A stretch of DNA of 63,005 bases, counting the filler, from Chiloscyllium plagiosum (Eukaryota), in assembly GCF_004010195.1 (NCBI RefSeq). It is 4 parts of 4 records of this genome, joined end to end, with 100 filler letters (N's around TTAATTAATTAA, not from the genome) between each part and the next. Parts side by side here need not be neighbours in the genome. Positions count along the whole stretch, not along the records: positions 1 to 31,506 come from NC_057713.1; 3 more parts are not named here. One strand, written 5' to 3'. Position 1 is the first letter of the stretch; the number at the start of each line of letters is the position of its first letter. The notes under the pieces were generated by a model. The model saw only the letters and a list, made by a program, of their open reading frames with translations, did no database searches and was not told the origin of the DNA. The position numbers and the translations under genes are program-made. Shown one piece after another: positions 14,115 to 27,038 of this stretch.

Positions 14115-14235
14115 GGAAGGGCTTATGCCCGAAACGTCGATTCTCCTGTTCCCTGGATGCTGCCTGACCTGCTGCGCTTTTCCAGCAACACATTTCCAGC
14201 TCTGATCTCCAGCATCTGCAGACCTCACTTTCTCC
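14115..14235 (+). mobile_element. Short Penelope-derived insertion with target-site duplication
   Basis: gggcttatgcccgaaacgtcgattctcc...cctcactttctc flanked on both sides by ttaatgtcaaagta. Confidence 0.8.
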
Positions 14236-14734
14236 TTAATGTCAAAGTAAACTGACATGAAAATTAATGCAGACATGTACCCCAGAAATGTTGATAGTAG
14301 CATCCCTTTGTTCAGCCAAGATCAGCAATATGAATTAAGAAAGTTTTTTTTTTAAAAACACCCTTTGTTTTGATTCATTATTGACAACAAGGTTTTCACA
14401 AAGAGCAAAGTACAAGAAGGGGTTGTTCACTATTCTCTGATGTTTACTATTCACAACTGCATTTGTGAGCGACAGGTGAACCTGTGAAATACATTCAGGA
14501 TGGTACTGTACATATTTCAGTAGATACTGTGTACATGGCAGTCTCCCATAAACCAGCAATGACATGGATATCTATTTTTTGATGGTGTTTGAAGCAAAAT
14601 AAAATTGAACAATACGGCTGGGAGAACTTCCTTTCAATTCTTTGAACTAGTATCAAGAGACTGTCTTTGTGGACCTGGGGTGGCAGGAGGATCTTTAGTT
14701 TAATAACGCAGCAGAATGTGAGGGAACAGAGTCA

Positions 14735-15128
14735 CCATTAGAAATCCAGATAGACTGGAACATTTTTCACTGGAGGGTGAGAGTTCGAGGGGTGACCTTA
14801 TACAGTTTATAAAGTCATGAGTGTTAAGGTGAATGGCAAACGTATTTTCCCTCGGGTGGGGGATTTCAACTGTAGGAGATTGTTGTAAGGAAAAAAAAGA
14901 TATTAGAGGCAAGTGTTTACACTGAACGGTTCGTGTGTGGGATGAGTTGGAAGTGGGTACTGTTACAACTTTTAAAAGACATTTGCATAATTACATGAAT
15001 ATTAAATGTTTGGAAGGATATGGGCCAAGCTTACACAGGTGGGATTAGTTTAGTTTGGGATTATGACTGGCATGGACTAGTTGGACCGAAGGGTCTGTTT
15101 CCATCCTGTATCACTCCATGACTCTATG
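14735..15128 (+). mobile_element. CR1/HER1 LINE 3' end
   Basis: aggggtgaccttatacagtttataaagtcatgag...gttggaccgaagggtctgtttcc...ctccatgactctatg tail. Confidence 0.75.
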
Positions 15129-16924
15129 AATATTTATCATTTTTTTCTCAATATTATACATGCTGTCGTGATTTTCCAGTGAACTGATGATGTTTAGATA
15201 GTGTTCGAGACTCTGCGAATATTTCCTTTAATGTTCTCCAAGTTACACAACTGAAAAAGGAGATTTTCTCCAGCATTGTTGCTGAGTAGATTTACTTCAG
15301 TGGAGGCAGTGGTTGTGGTTTACAGTAGGCTTCCCAGCAAATGGTCATTCCTGATGAAGGGCTCCTGCCCGGAACATCGATTTTCCTGCTCCTCGGATGC
15401 TGCCTGACCTGCTGTGCTTTTCCAGCACCACTCTTATCTTGACGGTAATCTCCAGCATCTGCAGTCCTCTCTTTCGCCCTTTTTCCCAGAAAGTGGTCAA
15501 CCGTGTGACAAAATATCTTTCATCTACTGTAGGAACGCCAGATGCTTCCGGTAAATGAAACTGGCAACTCTTCTGCAGTCTGCTTAATTGCTGCCAATTA
15601 TTGTATCTGGCAGATTAAATGGAAAATTAATCAACGAGAATGAAATCCTACCAAACCAACTATATTTTCTCATTTATCCAGCGTGGAACACAGTTCACTT
15701 GGCATTTCTTCTTTAAAAAGGAAATTCATCGAATACAGCATTCACTGTGTGACTATCGGCAAACAGGAAACCGATTGCATGGCAGGAACTTCTTTACTTC
15801 CACCCAAAGGACATTTCAGTTGGTTCACCCTGTTTCTTGTGTATCTTTAAATCTCTTGAATGTAAAGTTAATGGATCCAAACACCCACACTGCACTAACA
15901 TTTCTTATCGTCTCAAAGTAAATTAATAAACTTGAATTGGCTCGAACTCGCGAAAATTGCTGCACCACTCTCTGACTCATGCATCTCATTAAAACTGAGT
16001 GGGCACTTTATGGTAGGGTAATGGCTAATTTATTTGCTGATTTATGTTGGTTAACAGTCCCTGTCAGAGCTACCAGTGAGCAGAGAAATGTACTGTTTAT
16101 GACGTACATCCGTGGCAATTATTACTGTAATACTCTGTAACTTACCAGACACTCCTGATGTACCCAGACAGTTACGTGCAATGGTTTAGATGTTGAAGTT
16201 TTTTTTATTAACTTATGGGCCGGCCTGTTCTAATTCATTAGATTCTCTTTCAAAAGTTTACCTGAGAGTAACGTCTCACTGTCAACTCACTTTTTTAAAA
16301 ATTCTCAGGCACACAGCTTTCCTTTACTTTGTATTTTAGGGTCGGAGCAATTTGAAAAAAAGACGCAAGGAGAGACATACTGCAATGTAAGGAGGTTCTT
16401 CTAATCTCCAGGTTCAAACTGTTTAGTGACATATGCCCACATTCTGAACATAATCACTTTCGACATGCTCCATATTAGGCTGCCTGAATGGAATTTAGAA
16501 ATGATATGCTACTTTGTAATGTGAGAGAGACTTGGAGTGTCATCAAAAATAAAGGCATTCATTTTATTGGCTGATAATATTATTGAACTTCTTTTTAGCT
16601 TTACCTGCTTATGGTTGAATGTAGAAATAAAGGGAGCTAACTTCCAATTGCATTTGTTTTGTTATTTTAAGCAAAATATTGGAAACGATTACCTGAAACC
16701 GATCTCAAGCTGTTCAATTTTACTTGCACCATTAAAAAACACTTCCAAATAAGCTATTCAGCAAAACAATATCCCAAGATGTTCTGGATGTAAACACTCT
16801 AAAACTCTCAAGACTCTCTAATCCCAAGATGTGTACATGTCCATGTTTAAGAATAATCTCATGTAAATATCTGAGCCCATCTGTTCGGGCTGTGCAAGGT
16901 GATAACCAGGATCTAGTCTCAGCC

Positions 16925-16990
16925 TCCAGCAGGAAACCAACAGACGGAACCTGTAAGCCCGCCCCTTTCAGAGGGCCATATAATCCTGGG
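16925..16990 (+). promoter_or_regulatory. Putative IgH V promoter (Ets-like GGAA sites, GC box CCCGCCCC, TATA-like ATATAAT)
   Basis: Motifs lie ~85-140 bp upstream of the leader ATG at 17070. I saw no octamer there, as expected for shark IgH promoters. Confidence 0.45.
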
Positions 16991-17069
16991 CACTGGATAG
17001 TAATTCAACACTTCTGGATCGGGTTTGTTTCGAAAGATCTTGACAAAACCGTTTCCATAAGTTATCAGA

Positions 17070-17118
17070 ATGATTGTATCGGCAATTTTTCTCAGTTTGT
17101 TACTGACTTTCTTATCAT
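17070..17118 (+). CDS. IGHV: IgM VH leader exon (MIVSAIFLSLLLTFLS)
   Basis: Hydrophobic signal peptide of shark IgM-leader type, with a phase-1 GT donor at 17119 (GTGCGC). Confidence 0.85.
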
Positions 17119-17242
17119 GTGCGCATTTTTGTTCAAGTCTCTTTTTTTCTGTCTCAATGTTAGTTTACCCCAGGAATGTAAAAGACTTAACCATCATTTC
17201 ATCAACATTAATGTTCATGTTATATTTGTTTTCTTTTTAAAT

Positions 17243-17547
17243 GTGTCCAGTCGGAGGTTATTTTGACTCAGCCAGAGGCAAAGACTGGCCGTGCCAGCGA
17301 CACCCTGAAACTGACCGGCAAAATCAGTGGGTTCGATCTTGGCAGCTCCTGGATGTATTGGGTCCGACAAGTTCCCGGACAGGGTCTGGAGTGGCTGGTT
17401 AGCAACTATACTGCATCTAGCAATTACTATGCCTCGGCGATGAGGGATCGGTTTACTGCGTCCAAAGACACTTCAAACAACATCTTCGCGTTGGACATGA
17501 GTAACCTGAAGATCGAAGACACCGCCAGCTATTAATGTGCAAGAGAC
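17243..17547 (+). pseudogene. IGHV: IgM VH pseudogene exon
   Basis: [12 protein letters not shown]...[31 protein letters not shown]...[31 protein letters not shown]. Lesions: acceptor AT instead of AG (17241-2), first Cys to Gly, TAA in the YYC motif (17533-35). Confidence 0.93.
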
Positions 17548-17586
17548 CACAGCGAGAGGAGCCAGGGCTGGGCTCATTCAAAACCA
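17548..17586 (+). other. VH recombination signal sequence (22/23-bp spacer)
   Basis: Heptamer CACAGCG at 17548-54, spacer of 22-23 bp, nonamer-like (T)TCAAAACC. Confidence 0.85.
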
Positions 17587-17935
17587 GCTCAAGGGGACAT
17601 TTTGTCAAATCCACCATAAACTAACTGTCAGTACGAGTTTTACATGCAATAATACCAACTACGATCTGAAGCAGACCTCAGGCTGCCTCTTACAAAACTA
17701 TCAAAGTTTAAACTAGCAAACTAGGTGATACAATGGGACAATGTTTTGGGCATGTTATATGTACTGCTAACACTTCCATCAACTAAATGCTTTAACATAA
17801 TGTTAGTTGTAATATATCTGACAGCTCGGGAAATCACAGCTAATTGTGTTATGTAACTATGGCATTAATTCGAAGCCCGATCAGTACTAAATGTCTATTT
17901 CACACGAAAGTTGAGACCGAGAGTATAGAACAGAG

Positions 17936-18015
17936 AATGAGTGTACGACTCTAGATCACTGTGATACTACAGTGGGTCACAGTGATGTGCACAATGACAT
18001 CCTCATATAAAAACC
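17936..18015 (+). other. IGHD: DH1 segment (ATACTACAGTGGGT, 17964-17977) with 5' 12-RSS and 3' 22-RSS
   Basis: CACTGTG at 17957-63 and CACAGTG at 17978-84, then a 22-bp spacer and ATAAAAACC at 18007-15. The 5' nonamer is degenerate (AATGAGTGT). The core resembles shark DH1. Confidence 0.9.
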
Positions 18016-18235
18016 ACTGACAAGGGTTTATCTCAAGTTGGTGATTACTACCATGGCAGGAGCGAGAAAAATGTAAAACACAATTTAAATGCAATCCAGT
18101 AGTGCTAGTCTGTACAAATGAATATTTTTCTACTTTTTTCGTGTTGGTTGCCACGTTAAATGCAGACCAAACCTGTGAAAGTATTCCAAGCTTTAAAAAT
18201 AGAATGAATAGTAATGCTGAAATATTGCACCGAAT

Positions 18236-18263
18236 CATTTTTAAAGGACTCTGAATCACTGTT
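18236..18263 (+). other. Possible degenerate 5' 12-RSS of a lost DH2
   Basis: CATTTTTAA-12bp-CACTGTT. The spacer aggactctgaat resembles the DH1 spacer acgactctagat. No 3' RSS follows. Confidence 0.4.
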
Positions 18264-18379
18264 TTCCATGAAGCGTTGAAATTAATTATCTGCATTTTAC
18301 AATTTGCAGTTTACAGTCTGCCATAGTATTTGACACAATGTGTCTCACAATGACATAGCTTTTTTTCTCTCTTGCTTAG

Positions 18380-18412
18380 TGGGGCCAAAGACCATGGTGA
18401 CGGTGATTTCAG
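18380..18412 (+). pseudogene. IGHJ: JH remnant (WGQ-TMVTVIS) with intact GTAAG donor
   Basis: TGG GGC CAA AG ACC ATG GTG ACG GTG ATT TCA G|GTAAG, i.e. a 1-nt deletion in the WGQG motif. A heptamer-like CAATGTG lies at 18336-42 without a convincing nonamer. Confidence 0.85.
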
Positions 18413-18939
18413 GTAAGAACCTTAAACTTTTTCAGTAAATGTTTCTATTAACGTTCTATTTATGTGAATAATTTCTGAATTACTTGAAACTCACATTCTG
18501 TGCTGAGTTTGGTTTGGTTCCGGCTGATTTTTGTTCAAGCTGTTTATAGACTTCAATTAAGGCTCAGCAAACAGCTAAAGTGGTGATGATGGAGTCCATT
18601 GTTCAGTGTATTTCTTTTTTTGATCAGATGGGCATTCTGTGTGTCTGGGTTACTTGAAACACCTAAAGTCTCTTAGCCAGTAAAGCATAAATAATGTTTA
18701 ATGTCAATGACATCCTGACTGTGAGTTTTATTATCGACAACAAGTGCTAAGTATTTAAAGATGTTCAAAATGTTACCAAACGTGATTAAAATATGCTAAA
18801 ATATCTTCAATACATTCCCGTATACATAACGTTCTTATCATGATTGTATTTTGTCGTTTATTTTGTTAATTTTGTCGATGACAAGCACGTTAGAAACTGT
18901 CATAACATTTTCTTGCGGTGCTATATTTCATTCTGATAT

Positions 18940-19190
18940 GTTAGATTCTGATTTTGTTTTAGTTGATTCTGTTGAAATGAGCAGTTTGGCTTTTGAATTC
19001 GTTTTATTTGATTCAGCTGAACTGAGTTGTTTGGCTTTTGAATTTGTTATATTTGATTCTTTTGAATTGAATTGTTTGGATTCATCTTTCATTTAAACCT
19101 GTTGTTTTGAGTTGATTGGAATCTGATTTTATTTTCCTTGATTCTGTTTAATTGAATTGATTGGATTCTTATTCAGTTTGTAGAATTGAT
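18940..19190. repeat. Degenerate T-rich tandem repeat (~36-bp period) in the J-C intron
   Basis: Recurrent tttggcttttgaatt / tttgattct units. Confidence 0.6.
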
Positions 19191-19770
19191 CTGCGTTTTC
19201 ATGCTTTCAGTAATTGGTGGTTTCTTTCTGGTGAGGAGATTGTCTGTCTGGATTACTTTTAATCACGAATATTTGTGAAGTTCTTTGTTTTTCCTGAATC
19301 GTTTCTGCATTTGTTAAACTCGTATGGCAATTTTTTTTCTCTGGTTGACTGAAAACATTTTATCTGTTTGCAACTGTCTGAAAACCAATGTAAGGCAGAA
19401 ACACGGAAGTGTGAGAAATAAAAAAAGAAACGACATTTAAGTACATTGACTTTTTTTTTAAAACAATCTCAGTTCTAATTGTAAACTAAGTGAAGTTTGT
19501 TTTGAGTAACCTCATTCAAACTAAAAATTGGGACTAAAATCTTAAACTGCAGAATTGATCAGATTACGTAACTGAAACTAAATTTAGTATAACATATAAT
19601 TATAATGTGGTAACGTTTGTCCATTGAACTAATTTTGTTTTGACCTTAAAGTGATTACTCAATATATGCCTTCAACTGCTCTACTGTGCACTGTACCAGA
19701 TTGACATGATCAGGAAGGGTGTACAGGTTGGAAATAAATTGAACCATTGTAAGAATCGTTAATGCTTTAA

Positions 19771-20390
19771 GTCATAGAGTCATAGAGATGTACAGCACAA
19801 AAACACACCCTTCTGTCCAACTCATCCATGCCGACCAAATATCCCAACCCAATCTAGTCCCATCTGCCAGCACCCGGCCCATATCCCTCCAAACCCTTCC
19901 TATTCATATAGCCATCCAGATACCTTTTAAATGTTGCAAAAGTACTAGCCTCCACAACTTCATCTGGCAGCTCATTCCGTACACATACCACACTCTGCGT
20001 GAAAATGTTGCCCCTTAGGTCCCTTTTATATCTTTCCCCTCTCATCCTAAACCTAGGCCTTCTAGTTCTGGACTCTCCCACCCCAGGGAAAAGACTTTAT
20101 CTATTTATCCTATTCATGCCGCTCATGATTTTATAAATCTCTGTAAAGTCACCCCTCAGCCTCTGACGCTCGAGGGAAAGCGGCCCTGTCTTATTCAACC
20201 TCTCCTTATGGCTCAAATCTTCCAACCCTGGCAATGTCCTTGTAAATATTTTCTGAACCCTTTCAAGTTTCACAACATCTTTCCAATAGGGTGGAGACTA
20301 GAATTGCATGCAATATTTGGCTTGATGAAATAGTGGTCTAACGAATGCCCTGTACAGCCGCAACATGACTTCCCAACTCCTGTACTCTGT
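19771..20390 (-). mobile_element. CR1/HER1 LINE 3' fragment
   Basis: ORF 19854-20081 (GESRTR...RDLRGNIFTQSVV..N.LP.EVVEA) and a catagagt tail. Confidence 0.85.
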
Positions 20391-21433
20391 TGTTAACAAA
20401 CAAGGCTGCTGTTATGACTTCCTATTTCTATTCAATTTATTTATTAGTCTGCTTGATGGTGTGCAGTTTTGTTGGATTTCAATTTGGGAATTTTTTGTGT
20501 GTGAGGTTACCTCATGTTCCTTGTTCTGCTGAAAATGTTTGCAGAGCCAGTTCTGCTGCAAACACATCATTGTTCCTCAGTTTTGTGATTTGGTGATCGT
20601 TGTTCTATTGAGGAGGGACTGTGCTGGGGTAACATTAAATTTGTTATATTTGGGAAATTGTTTCTGGTTTCTACATTGTTTTTGCACTGTTTACATGGTT
20701 GGTGATAGTGAACCGCTCTAGTTTCCTCATTCAATTCAATCAGCATGCGAGTTGAAATTTTATCAAGCCTAATATTAAGTGAAAGACAAATCCCAAAGGT
20801 TTTGGAAATGAAGGGAAAACAGACACTTTAGGACGTGATTTTTACATCGAAATAATAATTACCGATTAATCTAAACCACTCTTTACATTCCAAATTCAGA
20901 ACTCAACTGTCTAGTTCAATCACAAGTTCTGTCTTTAAACAGTTTACAAGTCATAGGGAAATATAAATAGAATTTCATAAGTATAATGTTCTCATAGCTT
21001 TTGCTATTGAGTGAAAATGCCATGACTATAATATAATTAATCAAGAAACACTTTTCAGTTCCTCTGTACATCACAACCAAGTGTTCTGGCTGGAAAAGAT
21101 AATTGGCAAATACTATTTGGAAATTCTGCTCAAAATATTTCCATGAAGAACAGATCAATTTCATTGTTTTGATCAGTTTCAAAAGTAACTTGAGTGAATA
21201 ATTGTTTTGTCCCTGATTAAACTGAATTTGCAGGAAAAAATGAAAACACTAACTGTGTGATTTAATCTGCACAGTGCTTTAGGTGTGCCCAGTCATTGCG
21301 TTTTAAATAAATAGTAACATTTTACAACAAAATATCAACTAAACAGTCATTCGTTAGGAAACAACTGCTGTAGTGAATTATGTGACCAAGGCCAAATTTC
21401 GAATTAATTAAAATAATCCACTTGTGAACACAC

Positions 21434-21760
21434 AGGGCAGCATGGTGGCTCAGTGGTTAGTGTTGCTGACTCACAGTGCCAGGGACCCGGGTTCGATTGC
21501 AGCCTCGGATGTGTGGAGTTTGCATATTCTCCCAGTGTCTGTATGGGTTTCCTCTGGTTTCCTCCCACAATCCAAAGATGTGCAAGTTAGGTGAATTGGC
21601 TATGGTAAATTGCACATAGAATCCAGGGACCTGTAGGTTAGGTTGCTTTATTCAGGGGTAAATACAGGCTGGGGGAATGGGTTTGGGGGGTTACTGTTTT
21701 CAGGGTCGGTGTGGACTTGTTAGGCCAAATGGCCTGTTTCCATACTGTAGGAAATCTACT
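21434..21760 (+). mobile_element. HE1-type tRNA-derived SINE
   Basis: A box tggctcagtgg, B box ggttcgatt, central tgtgtggagtttgca core, and a 3' tail shared with the CR1/HER1 ends. Confidence 0.85.
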
Positions 21761-21994
21761 CTGAAACCATGGAAATACTTGCTGCAAACCCAGACAATAT
21801 ATTTTACATCTATGTTTCCAGACATATGCAGAGATCACAAATTTGCAGAAGACAGGAACTAAAGGGTAACAGAACACCTTGTTTACTCAAACACTGAAAA
21901 TAGAGCAATATTTATATTAATTGGTATACTTGACCGAGTATTGTAATGTAGCAATCTAACGGAGACGGTTCACATTAGTTAAGTATGGTGATCA

Positions 21995-22325
21995 TTTAGA
22001 TTAGATTTCCGACAGTTTGAAAACAAGCCATTTGGCCCAACAAGTCCACACCGACCCTCCACAGAGTAGCCCACCCAGACCCATTTCTCCCAACTAATGC
22101 ACTTAACCTACACATACCTGAATACCATGTGCTATTTAGCACAGCCAAATAACCTGACGGTCATGTCTTTGGACTGTGGGAGGAAACCAGAGCACCTGGA
22201 GAGCACCCATGCAGACACATGGAGAATGTGCAAGCTCCACATAGACAGTCACCCGAAGTTGGAATCAAACCCGGGTCACTGGTTCTGTGAGACAGCTGTG
22301 CTAACCACTGAGCCATGGTACCGCA
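21995..22325 (-). mobile_element. HE1-type SINE
   Basis: Reverse-complement copy of the same SINE, with a (ttaga)n tail. Confidence 0.8.
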
Positions 22326-25300
22326 CACATTCGTTTAGAAAGAATCTTAAAGTGTGCAACTCCATTCAGAAACGTTTTGAATTCATATCTTTTTTAACAC
22401 TCTCGCTCATTACAAAGCAGTTAACAAGAAAATGAACTTGCCATTGCAAAACAAACATGACAGTAAATACTTGCCCTAATGTATTCAACACAAATGCGTT
22501 TCCACACTGGAATGCTATATTGGCTTTATGCAGTGCATGCAACATCTCCAAAGTTCAAGAAATGTTTTAAGAATATGTGAAATAATTTAGAGAATAATTC
22601 TTTTCCTCCGAAGCTGTGCTTAAATTGGCGATATGCCTTACTTCAATAATTTCGTTAATTACAATGACTTATTAAGTTTATTAAATCGGTGGTTATCTAT
22701 GTTCATTGTGAACACATTGTCGTTCACCTTAATGGTTAACCCCTGGTTAGTTCCTCTGAAGAATGTTAAATTACAGTGAATCTATTTGACATGAGGAATT
22801 GAGCAGATGCATCTGCTAGGTTTAAGACTGTTGTACAGTTTGTTTCAGTGCTACCTCCAACTAACTTGTCCAGCGGTCCTGACCATTTGGAAAACGTTTG
22901 GCTCAGATATCTGAATCTCACAGAGTTCATTTTCATCTCGCGCTTCAAAGCCACTTTTATCTGCGATAAATGCAATATTTGGTTAGGTACTTCAGAATTG
23001 AGAGCACTGACTAAATTGTTCTAATCAGAATGAACACTTCAGTAACAAAAGGCAAATTGCAAGAGTTGTTGTCAACAAGGGATATTTGATTGAGCGAGGC
23101 AGATGGAAATATTCTGCATATTTTATTTGTGTCTCAGTTGTCCACAGTTGTTTAGTGGCATAATGTAGAATCAGAAATTATTTTGAATCTTATTTGAAAA
23201 CCTATCGCCAGCTTTTAATGTCACTGGCAACTGTCATAACACACTTCAAAACATTTTAATCTATTTCAAACTAAGTCGACCATCTGGTGGAGCAACATTC
23301 ACAGAAATAAGAGGAAGAGCGTTCTAGGTTGAAATCCAGTGACAGTGAATATATAGCAATGCAATTTCTAGTTTTATTCTTGTGTTACCATAGAGTTTGA
23401 ACTATTCGGAGCTGTTGTCAAAGTATTCTTGGATAATTGTTGCAATGTTACTTTCAATTGGTAAGCATTCTGTAACAATCCCTGGTTGCTGGAAGGTGTT
23501 AATAATTAACATGATTCACTCATAGGTGGACTGTGTTCTCGGTGATAGTGTCGAGCTCATTGTGTTCAGATCAGTTGTGATGTTGCAGTAGTGTCGCTGA
23601 CTCTGAGGCATATTAGGGAAGTACGTAATACTATCTCTTATTAGTTTAATTCGGGGCAAAAAAAACACATTGAGTTGTTTGGGTGTTGTTGGAATTCCAC
23701 TCACAGAGGCCTGTTAAATCTATTTAATTGCTCTCCTGACTTGTGTCTCTTCGATATTAAACAGACTTTTGGCGGTTAGCAGCTTTTTCCAGGTCAATAT
23801 TTGTTCACAAGCTTTTGGGCATCTCGAGCTGGGGTTAATGGAGTAAGTCCTCAAAGAAATCCCAGCTTTTGACTTGCTGTTCGAACAATATCATCTATAA
23901 CTAATCCAAAGTAAAATTTTTGAAGCATGTATAATGAGATTAGGTGTAGGCTGTTTTACTTTGCATTAACTCAGTACTGCAGCTGAATTTGATTGTTCAG
24001 TACGCTGGGGTTTCCATTGGATCCAACACTTGCAGCAGATGGTGATAGCTTTTCCATTCGTCTTCAATTGATATCTCAGATCATTCAGTACTTCTGCTAA
24101 GAATTCTTTTCCAACAGGAGTCAATCAAACTTAATCGCTGTCTAACTCAGCAGGTGTCAGTTCTTGGGCCAAAAACATGAAAACAATTTGCTGAAGAGGG
24201 TGTCTCTGGACATGAAATGTGTTAACATTGCTTTCTCTCCACATGAGCTGTCAGACCTACTGAGTTTCTTCAGAAATTTCTGTCTTTATTTCAGTTTTCT
24301 AGCATTCAAAGTTTGTTGTTTCAGTTAAAAAAAGTTATTTTACATGAAATAAGTTGTTCGGACAGAAAATTCATTTGATCAAATTGAGAATGTTCAGAGA
24401 TAGTTATTATCAGAGAATCATTGAATGTGAGCAATCTGATCTTGAAATGCCGTTTCACAAGGAACTGTATCATGAAGTAACAATACACTCCAGAGTGCAG
24501 TGGCTGCTGTAATTGGGGTGGGGGTTATTCTGATCACTCAAATAGAGAATGTCGATACTCCTATTCCAAATTATCGACAAAAAATTGGGTTTTTTTTAAA
24601 GAATGTGTGAAACAATTAATTTGTTGAAATATTTTAATAAAATGTGTTCAGCATCAGTGCTAGTCTAATGAATGACTCAATGATAGGAAGGTAGGAGTAC
24701 GAGTAGGGCATTCAAATCCTCGAGCTGTTCCACCACTTACTTTGATCATGGTGCATCTGTGAGCTAACTCAATTGGCAAAACTCTTTAACACCTTGGGTT
24801 AACAAACAAAACCTAGCCTAGATTTACTGATTTGACTGCCCATAACAAAGGGAGACACCGTTTCTGAAAGATATTTCTATGAGCATTTAAAGTGACACAA
24901 TGAGGCTGTAATTAATTGCTCATGAAAATAAGCTTTAAATCTCTGACAATTTCCAATTCAAACATCTGAATCATCATATTACATTAAATTAACATTATAT
25001 TTCTTTATTCCAGGGAAGTATAATGTATGAGTGCCATGCTAAAAATGAGGAAAGCTTCATTCCCATTATATGATTAAGAAATAGTTCTGTTAGTCAATAA
25101 AAACACAGTCAAACCACACAGAAGGAAACCTTTCAGCATGTTAGTTGAGTGGACACACAAGTGCCTCAAATAATTTTCAATTTTTCCAGTGGTTATTTGC
25201 ATCTCTAGACAGGCGTGGAAGTGTCAGACATTTATATCTCCTTGAGAAACCAGTTGTCACCAGCTTACTTGAATTGTTGAAGTTCATGTGGTATTAGTAC

Positions 25301-25809
25301 ATTCACAGCGCCTGTTAGAAAGTGAGTTCCATGACTGTGATTGAGGAAGAGTAAAGGCGCAGGGAAATAGTTGCAAGACAAGATGGAACATTATTTGGAG
25401 GAAAGCTTTCAGGTGAAGCACTTACATGAATGTGCGTCCTTATCCTCAAAGATCACAGTTTTGGACCATGCTGCTGAAGGCACATGTCCGCATACAAATT
25501 AGAAGCTGAAGAATGTCCCTTGGCTCCTCTAGAATGCTATTCCATTCATAGGATCATCATAAATCTTGCTTCTCAACAGTCTTTCCGATACCCGATAAAA
25601 TTGATCCCGATTGTTTACTGTTCAACGAAAAAATGGTCAACCTTTGGAATTCTACACCACAGAACTTGATTGAGGTCGACACATTAAATGATTTCAAGGA
25701 GGAGATAGATTCCTTCAATCCTCAAGAAAATACTATGAGTATATGGGGGAAAAGGCGAGTAGGGTACAAAGTTGGTTGAAAGCCATGAAAATATTGAATG
25801 GGGCATGGT

Positions 25810-26360
25810 TGGTAAGTCTGCACATGACACCAAATCTGGTGTTATAAATGGCAGTGAAAGTTATCTAAACGTATAATGAGATATTGATCAGCTGGGCCAA
25901 TGGGCTGAGGAGTGGTAGATGCAGTTCAAATTAATATGTCGTTTTGCTTTTTGAGAAGATAAATCAGGTCACAACTTACTCAGTTAATGGTAGGGCACTG
26001 GGTAGTGTTGTCAAACAGAGAGACCTGGAGGTCCAGACACATAGATTCTTGAAAGCGTTGTCTCAAGTAGCTAGCCTTTTGAAGGTGTTTGGCGCATGTA
26101 CCTTCATTGGTCACAGCATTGAGTACAGGAGTTAGGGCTTCATGTTGCAACTGTGCCAGTCATTGAAATGAACCACCAAAGGAAGGGCTAAATGCAGAGA
26201 CAGTTACAACATTTAGAAGCCATTTGGACAGATACAAGAACTGGATAGGTCTGGATGGAAATGGGCCAAAGGTAGGCAAATGGAATTAGTCTAATTTGGG
26301 AACTCTAGTCAGAATGGATGAGCTGGACCAAAGGGCCTGTTTCTGTGCTGTATGAATTTA
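25810..26360 (+). mobile_element. Decayed CR1 LINE ORF2 3' portion
   Basis: ORF 25944-26135 (YSVNGRALGSVVKQRDLEV) and a CR1 3' tail near 26340. Confidence 0.7.
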
Positions 26361-26639
26361 TGGTGGAGCAGGCTCGAAGTTTGAAGGTGCTGAGCTAGTT
26401 AGGGGATGGAATCGTAATGTGGGAGAGTTTGAGATGGTAGGCTGTGAGATGTCGGGTGCCTGCTGGGCAAGCTTGAGTGCTCCTCCTCTGGCAGGGTGGC
26501 ATCAACGCAAATGGTAATGGTCACAAGGATAATTTGGTTGAATTGTGCTTGGTAGGTGAGGGGCAGTTTGAGCTGAAATGCAGGAGGTCTGTCTTCGCCA
26601 AACTTGTTAGTGGAGAGATCAACAGGTTGCCAAGCCAAT

Positions 26640-26935
26640 TATTGGAGACCTGGGCATGGTGTCAAGCTGGTTAGTGGAGAGGTGGGCAGGGTGCCAGGCT
26701 GGTCAGTGTAAAGGTCAAAAGGGTGTCAAGCTGGCTAGTGGAGAGATGGGCACGGCGCCAGACTGTTTAGTGCAGAGGTGGGCAGGGTATCAGGCTGATT
26801 GGTGTAGAGGTCAGCAGTGTGCCAGGCTGGTTAGTGGAGAAATTTTTAGGATGCCAGGCTAGTTAGTGAAGAGGTGGGCAGGGTGTCAGGCTGGTTAGTG
26901 TAGAGGTGGGCTGGGTGCCAGGCTGGCTTAGGGGT
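26640..26935. repeat. 32-bp G-rich minisatellite (gggcagggtgccaggctggttagtggagaggt)n
   Basis: About 9 tandem units, abutting the truncated Cmu3 remnant. Confidence 0.85.
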
Positions 26936-26950
26936 AGAAGGTCACTGTAA

Positions 26951-27038
26951 ACCTGGCTGAGTGGCAATAATTTTGAATGTGTGGTGAATCATCAAAATCT
27001 ACCGATTCCTCTGAGAGATTTCATTCATAAGGATAAAG
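26951..27038 (+). pseudogene. IGHM: 3' half of IgM Cmu3 exon
   Basis: [29 protein letters not shown] is homologous to the Cmu3 end at 60632-60720. The donor is mutated (ATGAGT) and the 5' half is absent. Confidence 0.85.

Noticed and set aside
16829-17266. 145-aa ORF upstream of VH
   Set aside because: It runs through the promoter, the leader (other frame) and the intron; a chance ORF.
21434-21500. tRNA gene
   Set aside because: The A/B boxes belong to the head of an HE1-type SINE; no full cloverleaf.
25010-25075. Possible Ig constant-exon remnant (acceptor + MYECHAKNE)
   Set aside because: Too short, and it does not match shark Cmu1/Cmu2 motifs I can recognise.
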